Both the position numbers and the translations under genes were made by a program. The notes under the pieces were generated by a model. The model did no database searches. It was not told the origin of the DNA and was given only the letters and a program-made list of their open reading frames with translations. Shown piece by piece: positions 1 to 7,962 of a stretch of DNA of 40,407 nt. Location of the stretch: IMG/VR virus record IMGVR_UViG_3300045988_148893, positions 1 through 40,407 of that record, one strand, 5' to 3'. The stretch is from a virus. Positions within the stretch are counted from its first letter, which is position 1. Every line of letters begins with the position of its first letter.

Positions 1-89
1 CCAAAAACTTCCTTAGTCCAAGTCTTTTTGAACTTTTCAAAGGTTCCGTAAGTTCTTTTCAACTTAGCCGGAGTATCTCCCCACTTTCC
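1..89. repeat. Terminal direct duplication (identical to 40319-40407)
   Basis: Base-by-base comparison of the window start and end gives 89/89 identity. Confidence 0.95.
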
Positions 90-497
90 AAGATAGAAAT
101 GTGGAGTATCTACAGGGCTAACCCAGTCACCACCCCAGGCAAGACCGATCTTCTTTGACTTGGCTATTTTAGCAACGTCCTTAATACCTTTATTATTGTA
201 GGTATCATCTGCAACCTGTCCATCTCCATCTACATCATACTTCAATGCAATGTCAAAAGCAATGCCCCACTGGTGCTGACTAGAATAATCACTTCCTTTC
301 GCATTTGTTACAATGCTTCCTTTCTTTGTTCTGCCCTGAGCATACAAAGCGTCCTGCTCTGCCTTGCTTCTAAATCCCTGCGTAATAATAAGGTATATCC
401 CTTTCTTTGCACACTGCTTTAAAAGTAAAGTTAACTTGTAATTAAGCCAAGGGTGTAACTTAGTTCTGTCAATTCTAATATCATGTGTTTTGTTCAT
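1..497 (-). CDS. Endolysin, N-terminal catalytic part (VanY/peptidase M15-type); the gene wraps and continues at 40318..40156
   Basis: Manual translation from the ATG at 497 gives MNKTHDIRIDRTKLHPWLNYKL..GFRSKAEQDALYAQGRT..SQHQWGIAFDI..GGDWVSPVDTPHF. It carries the H-x6-D and D-x-x-H zinc-ligand motifs. TAATG overlap with the holin stop. 497 + 163 nt = 660 nt (219 aa), in frame across the junction. Confidence 0.85.
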   Translation of the reverse strand, partial: MNKTHDIRIDRTKLHPWLNYKLTLLLKQCAKKGIYLIITQGFRSKAEQDALYAQGRTKKGSIVTNAKGSDYSSQHQWGIAFDIALKYDVDGDGQVADDTYNNKGIKDVAKIAKSKKIGLAWGGDWVSPVDTPHFYLGKWGDTPAKLKRTYGTFEKFKKTWTKEVF

Positions 498-706
498 TAT
501 TCTTCCTCACTTTCCACTTCCGGCAATCCTGCAACACTTGTTAACATACTAACCACTCCTGCTGTTGCAGAAATTCCAATTATTGAAACCCAATCAAGCT
601 CTGTGATTAAATTTCCAACAGTAATTAATGATACTGCTGTCTGTGCCATTGTTTTTACAGCTCTGACACCTGCTGCCTTAATCCATTTCTTTGTCTTGTC
701 ACTCAT
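497..706 (-). CDS. Holin (r1t-like small membrane protein)
   Basis: 69 aa. KWIKAAGVRAVKTMAQTAVSLI plus a second hydrophobic helix and an acidic C-terminus. Lies immediately upstream of the endolysin and is translationally coupled to it. Confidence 0.7.
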   Translation of the reverse strand: MSDKTKKWIKAAGVRAVKTMAQTAVSLITVGNLITELDWVSIIGISATAGVVSMLTSVAGLPEVESEEE

Positions 707-710
707 TCGT

Positions 711-1022
711 TTACTCCTTTCCCTGCTTCATTGGCAGTTCCTTTACTCTCTTATAAATCTCTGTTCCTGTTCCATTCCCGCCCAGTGCATGATATGCCTT
801 GTATAAATGTTCAAAATCATCCAAAGCCTCAACTGATATATGTTCCTGAGCTATGTACTGTTTTCCCAGCGTGTATATCTTGTTATGCAAAATTGCAATA
901 ACTCCGTCCTTAATTAATTTATATGATGAATTTTTTAATTTGACATAATTAACTGCACTAACAAAAATTGCACCAATTAATGAAGGTATCCCACACAAGG
1001 ATAAAATCTGATAAAGTGTCAT
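711..1022 (-). CDS. Lysis-cassette membrane protein (single N-terminal TM; possible holin partner)
   Basis: 103 aa with an N-terminal hydrophobic helix (ILSLCGIPSLIGAIFVSAV). Sits directly before the holin. Family not recognised. Confidence 0.4.
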   Translation of the reverse strand: MTLYQILSLCGIPSLIGAIFVSAVNYVKLKNSSYKLIKDGVIAILHNKIYTLGKQYIAQEHISVEALDDFEHLYKAYHALGGNGTGTEIYKRVKELPMKQGKE

Positions 1023-1044
1023 ATGTTTTTTCCTCGACTTTCTC

Positions 1045-1062
1045 TGTTTTTGGGTATAAAAA
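1045..1062 (-). repeat. 18-nt element TTTTTATACCCAAAAACA (minus strand), copy 1 of 2
   Basis: Identical 18-mer at 18533-18550. Both copies directly follow a terminator hairpin and precede an RBS. Confidence 0.8.
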
Positions 1063-1080
1063 AAAGACCTTGCGGTCCTG
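1056..1080 (-). terminator. Intrinsic terminator after the fibre genes
   Basis: Minus strand reads AGGACC-GCAA-GGTCTT followed by a T8 run. Confidence 0.6.
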
Positions 1081-1108
1081 CTCTAACAATCATATTTTTT
1101 TTCCTTTC

Positions 1109-2524
1109 TTATTCTTCCGTTGTTTCTTCTAATTTGTTATAAAGTTTATAGTTTACTGTAATTTCATATCCGCCACTACCTCTGAAAGATATATAAAACT
1201 TTAAATCATTAAGTAATGATACATCATAACGCTTTCCAGTGGTTACGGATTCTTCTGATGCTGGGTCATCTTTTAGATTTGTTAAATAGATACCTATATT
1301 ACTTGATGGAAGAGTGTGTTCATAAGTATTTATTCCAAGTTTACCAAATTCAATGTATTTAAACTTACTAACGTCTATAGAATATATGTCGTGAGGTCTA
1401 CCATCATTATAACTTGTTTTTGCAAGCATTATTCCATTGTGTTCTATTCCAAGAGTTCTACACATATCAGAATATTTTACAGTCATATTTTTAATTTGAC
1501 TTGTAGTTGTGTTATTAATGGCATCAATCTGACTTAAAGCTGTGTTATTAATGGCACTAATCTGACTTGTAGCTGTGTCATTAATATTCTTAATCTGTGT
1601 ATATGTTTTACCCTCAATCGTTCCTATCTGATTTGTAGCTGCGGTATTTATATTCTCCAACTGTTGATTTGTTACATCTGTAATCTTATTAATCTGACTT
1701 GATGCTACTGTATTAATTCCTTTTGTCTGCGATTCTCCTGCGGCAACCGCAGAACTGTTTATAGCTTCAATCTGTGCCCGTGCTGTGTTGTTAATATCTC
1801 CAAGCTTTGCATTCGTAACATTAGCTATGTCTTCCATCTTTGCAGTTGTAAGTGTTGCTATGTCATTGCTTTTTGCTTCTGTTAAAGAGCTAATGTCGTT
1901 CATTTTTGCCTCTGTTATGTTAGCTATGTTTGTTGTGCTTTCCTCAACTTTGACATCAATATTCGCTATTAGCTTCTCAACATCTGTCTTTTGACCTACC
2001 ACCTCTTCTAAATAATTCCCAGCTCTATCTGCATAATCTGCTGCATCATTTGCCTTCTGCTCTGCCTGTTCAAGATAGCCTTTATTAACTTCTATCTTTT
2101 CATCAGCCTCTTTTACTAATGCCTTTGTATCACACATTATTTTGATTATCTGATTGTAAATATCCGGTGTAATCTCATTTACAACATCTACCGGAACGCC
2201 TTTCTTTACTTTCTGACATACAATTGTTGAAGTAATTCTTCTACCTTCTGAATTGTCACCAAAAACTCCAATGTAAAGCTCACATTCTTCCCTAAAAAGC
2301 CAATCAGGTAATTTTTCTGCTGATACAACATCCTTTTCAACAAGCACTTTTACCGAATCACTTATACTATAATCATCTACATATATTACGGCTGTTTTTG
2401 TATATCCGTCCCATTCAGAAGAAAAATCAAACTTAATTTCTTCCAAATTGGAAGTTCCTGATATTAAAGACTGCTGGTTAACAATATGCGCCTGTTGTCC
2501 TTTTATCTCTATGTTTATGTTCAT
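1109..2524 (-). CDS. Distal tail fibre / BppU-N-like protein with an 11-residue repeat shaft
   Basis: Start moved to MNINIEIKGQ (RBS AAAGGAGAAAAAG). The N-terminal domain resembles baseplate-upper-protein N domains. The central part holds about 14 tandem 11-aa repeats. Confidence 0.55.
   Translation of the reverse strand: MNINIEIKGQQAHIVNQQSLISGTSNLEEIKFDFSSEWDGYTKTAVIYVDDYSISDSVKVLVEKDVVSAEKLPDWLFREECELYIGVFGDNSEGRRITSTIVCQKVKKGVPVDVVNEITPDIYNQIIKIMCDTKALVKEADEKIEVNKGYLEQAEQKANDAADYADRAGNYLEEVVGQKTDVEKLIANIDVKVEESTTNIANITEAKMNDISSLTEAKSNDIATLTTAKMEDIANVTNAKLGDINNTARAQIEAINSSAVAAGESQTKGINTVASSQINKITDVTNQQLENINTAATNQIGTIEGKTYTQIKNINDTATSQISAINNTALSQIDAINNTTTSQIKNMTVKYSDMCRTLGIEHNGIMLAKTSYNDGRPHDIYSIDVSKFKYIEFGKLGINTYEHTLPSSNIGIYLTNLKDDPASEESVTTGKRYDVSLLNDLKFYISFRGSGGYEITVNYKLYNKLEETTEE
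1489..1950 (-). repeat. About 14 tandem 33-bp coding repeats (11-aa hendecad-like units)
   Basis: Visible periodicity, e.g. attaatggcatcaatctgacttaaagctgtgtt / attaatggcactaatctgacttgtagctgtgtc. The protein motif is (T/S)xQIxxINxTA. Confidence 0.8.
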
Positions 2525-2535
2525 CTTTTTCTCCT

Positions 2536-3459
2536 TTAATCCACCATCCATACTGCATGAACCGGTATGCATGCTCCAGTGTCAATTGCTATAGGAACAC
2601 TTGCTCCATAATAATCGAAACTTACTGTACCTCCTGGATTGATTGTCATCATCCATCTGTTAGTTGTTCCCAAATGTCCTTCCTGAATTGACCATACGTT
2701 ACGTGAAGGTCTCATATCTGTAGGAATATTCTTAAAAATATTATCGTGTGCAGAAAAAACAGTTGAATTTGTTATGATTCCCACCAATTCCACAGTTTTG
2801 CCAACTCTTCTGATTTTAGGTGCATCAGTAGTGGACCATGCAGATATACCATTCCCACATTCAACCGATTTCCAGCCTGTATCATATACTTCTCCGGATG
2901 TTTCAATAAGGGTTAACTCCTGCCAATCCTTCCAGCCGGCATTTTCATAACGCTTATAAATCACATTGTTCTTTACATCGGGAATAAATATCTGAAACTT
3001 AGTTGATGTTTCCCCTTCAACATAAAGCATTCCCCAGTTAGTAACAGGTCTGTTTGTTCCTTCTGTTGTCTTTATGTGATACACTCCATTTTCTGTTAAT
3101 GTATTCCAATCTACTGCTGATGTTATGGTTTGTGATTTCACATAACTGGGTAAATCTGTTAAGTCATTGTATGAACCTGTAAAAGCCACCGTCTTTAAGT
3201 CTGTAAAGAATTTCTTTATTTTTCCAAAAATAACCTTATGTGTTTCTCCTGACAAAATATTTTCTCTTTTTGCTGCTGTCTGAAAAGCAACAATATTACT
3301 GTCACTATTTCCATCCTTTGAAAGCTTCTTGGCAAGCTCCTCATTATTCTTTTTCAATTCACCATCTATGCTGTCTGCATTTTCATTAAAAACATCAATA
3401 TCATAAAACTCATCTCCATCCGGTTTCTTTAACTGCAAATACTTTGTTTTATTAATCAT
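2536..3459 (-). CDS. Tail fibre / receptor-binding protein
   Basis: 307 aa. The N-terminus YLQLKKPDGDEFYDIDVFNENADSID and the motif AFTGSYNDLTDLP are typical of fibre proteins. Follows the baseplate genes. Confidence 0.6.
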   Translation of the reverse strand: MINKTKYLQLKKPDGDEFYDIDVFNENADSIDGELKKNNEELAKKLSKDGNSDSNIVAFQTAAKRENILSGETHKVIFGKIKKFFTDLKTVAFTGSYNDLTDLPSYVKSQTITSAVDWNTLTENGVYHIKTTEGTNRPVTNWGMLYVEGETSTKFQIFIPDVKNNVIYKRYENAGWKDWQELTLIETSGEVYDTGWKSVECGNGISAWSTTDAPKIRRVGKTVELVGIITNSTVFSAHDNIFKNIPTDMRPSRNVWSIQEGHLGTTNRWMMTINPGGTVSFDYYGASVPIAIDTGACIPVHAVWMVD

Positions 3460-4031
3460 CTTGTGCTCCTTCCTTCTTCAAACACTTCTTCTCTTAATTG
3501 AATGTGTGTATACTTCTTTAATTCCTCGTGTGTAAATTTTGATAACTGATTATTCTTGTTATAAAGCAAAGACAAATCAATTAACAGATTGCTTGGGACA
3601 ACCCTGTCCAACAATTTAGCCACATCAGAAAGCACATTCTTTGATGTTAAGGCAACCCTGACTGTTAACACATAATTATTGGCATCCAACTTTACTGAAT
3701 AATTAGGCCCTTTGCTTTCATCATTACCGCATATTACCGCCAAAGTCTTTTCCAAGGATATTACAGTAAAAGGTCGTTGTTCTGTAACAATTCCCAATAT
3801 CTTCAATCGTCTTTCTTCCAACGTGTACGTATCCTTATTGGATATTCCAATCATCCTCTCCCAGTGTTCACAACCTTGCTCATCCAAACTTTCAATGAAA
3901 TTATTGTTCCACATTTTTTCAAGTGCTTCCCACAAATCTTCAGTCTGTGATTGCTCAATGTCTGTTAATTCCTTTATCTCTCTAAACTCTCTTAACCATT
4001 CAGGCAGATACTCAATCAACTTTCTATCCAC
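3456..4031 (-). CDS. Baseplate/tail protein, XkdU-like (DUF2313-like)
   Basis: The N-terminus LIEYLPEWLREFREIKELT..LWEALEKMWNNNFIES matches the XkdU/gpI-like pattern. Follows baseplate J. Confidence 0.7.
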   Translation of the reverse strand: MDRKLIEYLPEWLREFREIKELTDIEQSQTEDLWEALEKMWNNNFIESLDEQGCEHWERMIGISNKDTYTLEERRLKILGIVTEQRPFTVISLEKTLAVICGNDESKGPNYSVKLDANNYVLTVRVALTSKNVLSDVAKLLDRVVPSNLLIDLSLLYNKNNQLSKFTHEELKKYTHIQLREEVFEEGRSTR

Positions 4032-5091
4032 TTATCTCACCAACCTTTGGAATATAATCACAATCAATAATGCAATTACCTGTCTTTCCATCAATTTTTA
4101 CACTTAAAACATTGTCAACACCTTCCATGTCAAGAAGCATTGATTCTATCTGTCCGCTTCTTACCGTCATTGTGTCCTTTGCTTCCCATTCATTTTTTAT
4201 GACATTTTTTAAATACTCTGCCAAATTTTCTGTAAAAGTTTCCTTGATGTCATCCCAGGTATAATCTTCTATGTATTCAATCTGAACATCCACATTTATT
4301 CTTTTAACTTCTGGTGCTGAAACAGTTACAATGTGACCTATTGGTGCAATTCCCACACCTGTTCCATCTTTCGTTGGATCAAACGTATTCTGTACTTCAT
4401 TTATGATTTCAGAAGAAGCTTCATTATATTGAGAATCAAGAATTGCCAGCTTTACAGTTCCTCCACCATTCCAAACAGCATAAACCTTGCAGGCACCTAC
4501 CTTTTCAATGTCTTTAGCTTTTTCCTTATAATCTGCCTTATTTCCTCCAAAGGCTGCTTCTGTAAATGATTCAAAATATCTTTCTCTCAAAGATTCTTCA
4601 TCCTCATCTTCCGTGCCATACACAATCACTTCAACAGCCTCTATATCTTCTAAGTCATCAACATATTCAATTGGAATCACATCATCCTTTATGTTGTTTC
4701 CGTTTTCTCCTGATTCAGAACATGTCATGCTATAGAATCCATCTCCTAAGTTTTCTGTAATTGAATATGTCATTTCACCTATGCTAAACTCTGTTGCCTC
4801 TGGAATGTTCACATCAGAAGGAATACATTTCACTTTTACCACAGCCGGAATACCTTCCTTTACAAATATTCCCCTCTCTGCTGCACGCTTAATCAAATAA
4901 TAATAAGATGCACTGTCTGCAAAACATTCCTGCAAAAGAATGTCCATGTCTGCATACATCTGTGCACTTTCCATTGCCACAGGTGCCAACGCATCATAAA
5001 TAATTGAACCCTCTCTTTTATCAACATCCCCCTGCACATTTTCAAGCATCTGACTTAAAATGTTCTCAAAGGTCATATCCTCAAACATCAA
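4024..5091 (-). CDS. Baseplate J-like protein (XkdT-like)
   Basis: 355 aa. FENILSQMLENV..REGSIIYDALAPVA is a typical Baseplate_J N-terminus. Synteny supports the call. Confidence 0.8.
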   Translation of the reverse strand: MMFEDMTFENILSQMLENVQGDVDKREGSIIYDALAPVAMESAQMYADMDILLQECFADSASYYYLIKRAAERGIFVKEGIPAVVKVKCIPSDVNIPEATEFSIGEMTYSITENLGDGFYSMTCSESGENGNNIKDDVIPIEYVDDLEDIEAVEVIVYGTEDEDEESLRERYFESFTEAAFGGNKADYKEKAKDIEKVGACKVYAVWNGGGTVKLAILDSQYNEASSEIINEVQNTFDPTKDGTGVGIAPIGHIVTVSAPEVKRINVDVQIEYIEDYTWDDIKETFTENLAEYLKNVIKNEWEAKDTMTVRSGQIESMLLDMEGVDNVLSVKIDGKTGNCIIDCDYIPKVGEISG

Positions 5092-5500
5092 TGCTCACTC
5101 CTTCCACTTCAATCTCTTCATCATCAGAAGTTGTAACTTTCAGAGAAACCATCAATTCATTTCTGTAATTTGAAATACTCTCTATCTCAACAGAATTAAA
5201 ACGTTCATCCCTTAAAATGGCTTCCTCAATTCTCCCTCCAATTACTTCCTTTACCTCTGCAATGTTTTCTCCCAATAAATCAGCTTTCTCCAATCCATAA
5301 TTTTCATAAATGCTGTAATAATCAAATTCAGTCAACAGAATCTTTATTATTGCCTGCCTTAAGATTTCATCCTCTTCATCAGATTTTCTCAAAATCCTTT
5401 TATTCTCAAAATCCAACATATATGTATTATTGGGAAGCTCCTGTTCTTCATCCTCTTCCACATTAAAATCTTCCAGTTCTTCCAATTCTTCAGGTAACAT
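5081..5500 (-). CDS. Baseplate wedge protein, XkdS-like (DUF2634-like)
   Basis: 139 aa. Has the core TYMLDFENKRI..ILRQAIIKILLTE..Y, and the synteny fits. Confidence 0.6.
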   Translation of the reverse strand: MLPEELEELEDFNVEEDEEQELPNNTYMLDFENKRILRKSDEEDEILRQAIIKILLTEFDYYSIYENYGLEKADLLGENIAEVKEVIGGRIEEAILRDERFNSVEIESISNYRNELMVSLKVTTSDDEEIEVEGVSIDV

Positions 5501-5502
5501 AC

Positions 5503-5751
5503 TTACACCATCCTATCCACGACAAGATACTTTTGACCGCCATCTGCACGTATCATCACAACCTTGTCGCCCTTTTTCAATTTGCTCTTTGATGCAGTTT
5601 CCGTAAAATACAAAAACTCATCCGTTAAGATGAGCTTTTGATTAACCTTTATTTTAGGCGAATCTGCCTTTAAAACCGTACCAATTACAATGGTACAGGG
5701 CTTCGCCGCTTTTCTTGCATCCTCTGCTATTTTCTTAATTAACTGTGTCAA
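5503..5751 (-). CDS. XkdR-like small baseplate protein (DUF2577-like); start uncertain
   Basis: The C-terminal GDKVVMIRADGGQKYLVVDRMV pattern fits. The track ATG at 5838 would overlap the upstream gene by 85 nt. A TTG at 5751 is proposed, but it has no good RBS. Confidence 0.45.
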   Translation of the reverse strand: MTQLIKKIAEDARKAAKPCTIVIGTVLKADSPKIKVNQKLILTDEFLYFTETASKSKLKKGDKVVMIRADGGQKYLVVDRMV

Positions 5752-5752
5752 A

Positions 5753-7312
5753 CTAGTAGCTGCTATCGTAATCACCTCCAGATAATTCCAAATCCATAAG
5801 ATGTTGCCCATTATTAAATGTATGAGTAACCTTATCAACTAACATATAATTTGAAATTGTTTCATCATAAATTGTCAACTTAACAAGAACCAAACAGCCG
5901 GCTCTTACGTTAATGTCACCAAAACAATTATTAATCTTAATTGTCTTGCCTGTTTTACAATAAATCTTCAACAATGCCTTAACCTTTAATTTTGCACCCT
6001 TGCGACTGTCGATTTTGTCAAAATACTGAAGCACACCCCATTTATTGATGTACTTGCTATTTTTTGCCATATAAATCTCCTGCACACCCTTCTTGGTGTT
6101 GTCATATGCCAATTTTATCTGATTATAAACATTATCATCTATTGTTTCCTTATAATCATAAGATTCTGCCGTGGTTGAAGTTATTAACCTGTTAACCTTC
6201 CAAGGTTCCCTTAACCTTAACTTTCCAAATTCATCATACAAGGTATAAACCTTTCCCCTTGCCATTAATGTTTCATCCAAGCTGTTCTGTACAATGTCAA
6301 ACAATGTTGCATTATCATCAATTCTTGACACAGGATACTTTGTATTCGCTAGCTTACCACAATTCAGTTTAAAATCCTTGGCAATTTTCTTAATTAAAAC
6401 CGTGGAAGTTCTCTTTTTTGAAATATAAGTATCCTTATTTTTAAAATACCTAAGCTGATCATACACAGTAACATCCAAAGTCTTATCTGTTTTAGGTGAA
6501 ATGGAAAATACAAAACCATAAAAGAAATTTTTGCCATTAACCACTATTGCCACAGAATCACCATTTGAAATTCTCTTCTTTGAATCGCTGTCAACAAACG
6601 TTGTAAAAGTAACCTTACCCGGTGCATTTTTTCTCTCAAAGGTTGTTTTTAATCCTTCCTGAACCTGATGTTTGTACCTTTTCTTGCCGTGTTTAATCAG
6701 AACATTAACAACAAGCTTCTCACTGTTCTTTACTGAAACAGCTTTATACTCCACCTTTCTGGTTGACTTTTTCTTTTTTGATTCATTCTTTTTAAGAATT
6801 TCCCTTAAATATGATATTTCCTGTTTTCCACTGCTTTTACCGGTATTCTTTCCGCTTTTCTTTCCCTTTGATGTCTTACCTGATGAAGTAATGTAATCAC
6901 TGATTACCCCATATCCTGTTATTGTATGGTAACTTAACGGATATGATCTTCTCATAACAGCGTCAGAAGTGTTACCCTCAATGGTATGCACAGTACTTCC
7001 TGATACATACTCAACAATTCCCACGTGAGATGCACCATCTGATTTAAAATAAATGAAATCATTTCTTTTAGGTGTGTATGAACCCTTATACTTGAATCTT
7101 CCTTTGTTTTTAAACCATTGCATTCCTGTGTCTGTTGATGCTGTCTTGGGAGCAATGCTTGTTGATACACCTGCCTTATATGCACACCAGGAGGCAAACA
7201 TATGGCACCATGCAGCACCATTCATTCCATACCAGGCACTATACTTGGTCTTGTTACCGCCATATGCTTTATAACCAACTTCCTTTGATGCAATATCAAT
7301 TATGTCTGCCAT
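5753..7312 (-). CDS. Tail-associated cell-wall hydrolase: N-terminal CHAP domain fused to an XkdQ/gpD-like tail protein
   Basis: CHAP signature AAWCHMFASWCAYKAG .. SHVGIVEYVSG..HTIEGNTS. A Lys/Ser/Gly-rich linker follows, then about 330 aa in the XkdQ position. Confidence 0.7.
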   Translation of the reverse strand: MADIIDIASKEVGYKAYGGNKTKYSAWYGMNGAAWCHMFASWCAYKAGVSTSIAPKTASTDTGMQWFKNKGRFKYKGSYTPKRNDFIYFKSDGASHVGIVEYVSGSTVHTIEGNTSDAVMRRSYPLSYHTITGYGVISDYITSSGKTSKGKKSGKNTGKSSGKQEISYLREILKKNESKKKKSTRKVEYKAVSVKNSEKLVVNVLIKHGKKRYKHQVQEGLKTTFERKNAPGKVTFTTFVDSDSKKRISNGDSVAIVVNGKNFFYGFVFSISPKTDKTLDVTVYDQLRYFKNKDTYISKKRTSTVLIKKIAKDFKLNCGKLANTKYPVSRIDDNATLFDIVQNSLDETLMARGKVYTLYDEFGKLRLREPWKVNRLITSTTAESYDYKETIDDNVYNQIKLAYDNTKKGVQEIYMAKNSKYINKWGVLQYFDKIDSRKGAKLKVKALLKIYCKTGKTIKINNCFGDINVRAGCLVLVKLTIYDETISNYMLVDKVTHTFNNGQHLMDLELSGGDYDSSY

Positions 7313-7322
7313 CCTTTCCTCC

Positions 7323-7961
7323 TTATGGTTTCTTCAAAACAGTTCCCTTGTACAGATATTTTCCTTTGGAACTGCTTTTTCTCTTGTGCTTCTTTGCAGC
7401 CTTTTCAATAACCTTCTTGTTCTTCTTGTAAATGGCAGAACCCTTGGAACTATCCTTTAACCACTTTTTCGCTATCAGTGTAAGAGTCTCTTTGTTAGAT
7501 TTAATAGTATATGTATTTGGTATTTTCTTAACCTTCACTGCGCCATATTTTCTGTATTCCTTAAATTCCAAAGATACCCTACTATCAAAGCCATCACTAA
7601 CAGAATCTGTTATTGTAAGTCTTTCCAATGACACTGTAAGAATAGTATTGAATATCTTTTTATCATTTGGTGCATATCTGTAAATTTCCAGTTTAAATGC
7701 CTTCTTGGAAGATAAAAGTTCCTTATACTTCTTAATGTACTCATCGGCACCCTTGTATTTTCCATCTGAATAAAAAGCAAATGGATAATATTGATTAGGT
7801 AATAACAAGTCAAATGAAATCTCTGTAAGTTTGGGATTTCTTAGTATGTTAACTTCTCCTAAATTAATCAATGTCATTGTCTTGTTATCACCATCAACCT
7901 TTATGCTTATTTTTTCAGGTGGAATGGGTACATACTGCCCATCAATAATCAATCTATACAT
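7323..7961 (-). CDS. XkdP-like tail protein with C-terminal LysM-like region
   Basis: 212 aa, directly after the tape measure. The C-terminal YTIKSNKETLTLIAKKWL..IYKKN..GTVLKKP is LysM-like. Confidence 0.6.
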   Translation of the reverse strand: MYRLIIDGQYVPIPPEKISIKVDGDNKTMTLINLGEVNILRNPKLTEISFDLLLPNQYYPFAFYSDGKYKGADEYIKKYKELLSSKKAFKLEIYRYAPNDKKIFNTILTVSLERLTITDSVSDGFDSRVSLEFKEYRKYGAVKVKKIPNTYTIKSNKETLTLIAKKWLKDSSKGSAIYKKNKKVIEKAAKKHKRKSSSKGKYLYKGTVLKKP

Positions 7962-7962
7962 T

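Noticed and set aside
1-89. Terminal repeats as attL/attR or transposon ends
   Set aside because: The repeat lies inside the endolysin coding sequence and restores that ORF on circularisation. No host sequence flanks it.
483-806. Plus-strand ORF antisense to the holin and endolysin start. Similar plus-strand ORFs lie inside minus-strand genes (for example 1316-1537, 3712-4107, 8843-9214, 16461-16898, 29119-29604, 33190-33528).
   Set aside because: They lie fully antisense to well-supported phage genes. They have no RBS and show low-complexity Ser/Leu/Phe-rich translations typical of the reverse strand of AT-rich coding sequence.
1489-1950. Possible CRISPR array or diversity-generating retroelement template/variable repeat pair in the fibre region
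   Set aside because: The repeats are contiguous 33-bp in-frame coding units with no spacers. No reverse transcriptase or cas gene exists anywhere in the window.
5752-5838. Track start (ATG 5838) of the XkdR-like ORF
   Set aside because: It would overlap the upstream CHAP/XkdQ gene by 85 nt and add a non-conserved hydrophobic N-terminus. A later start is more plausible but remains uncertain.
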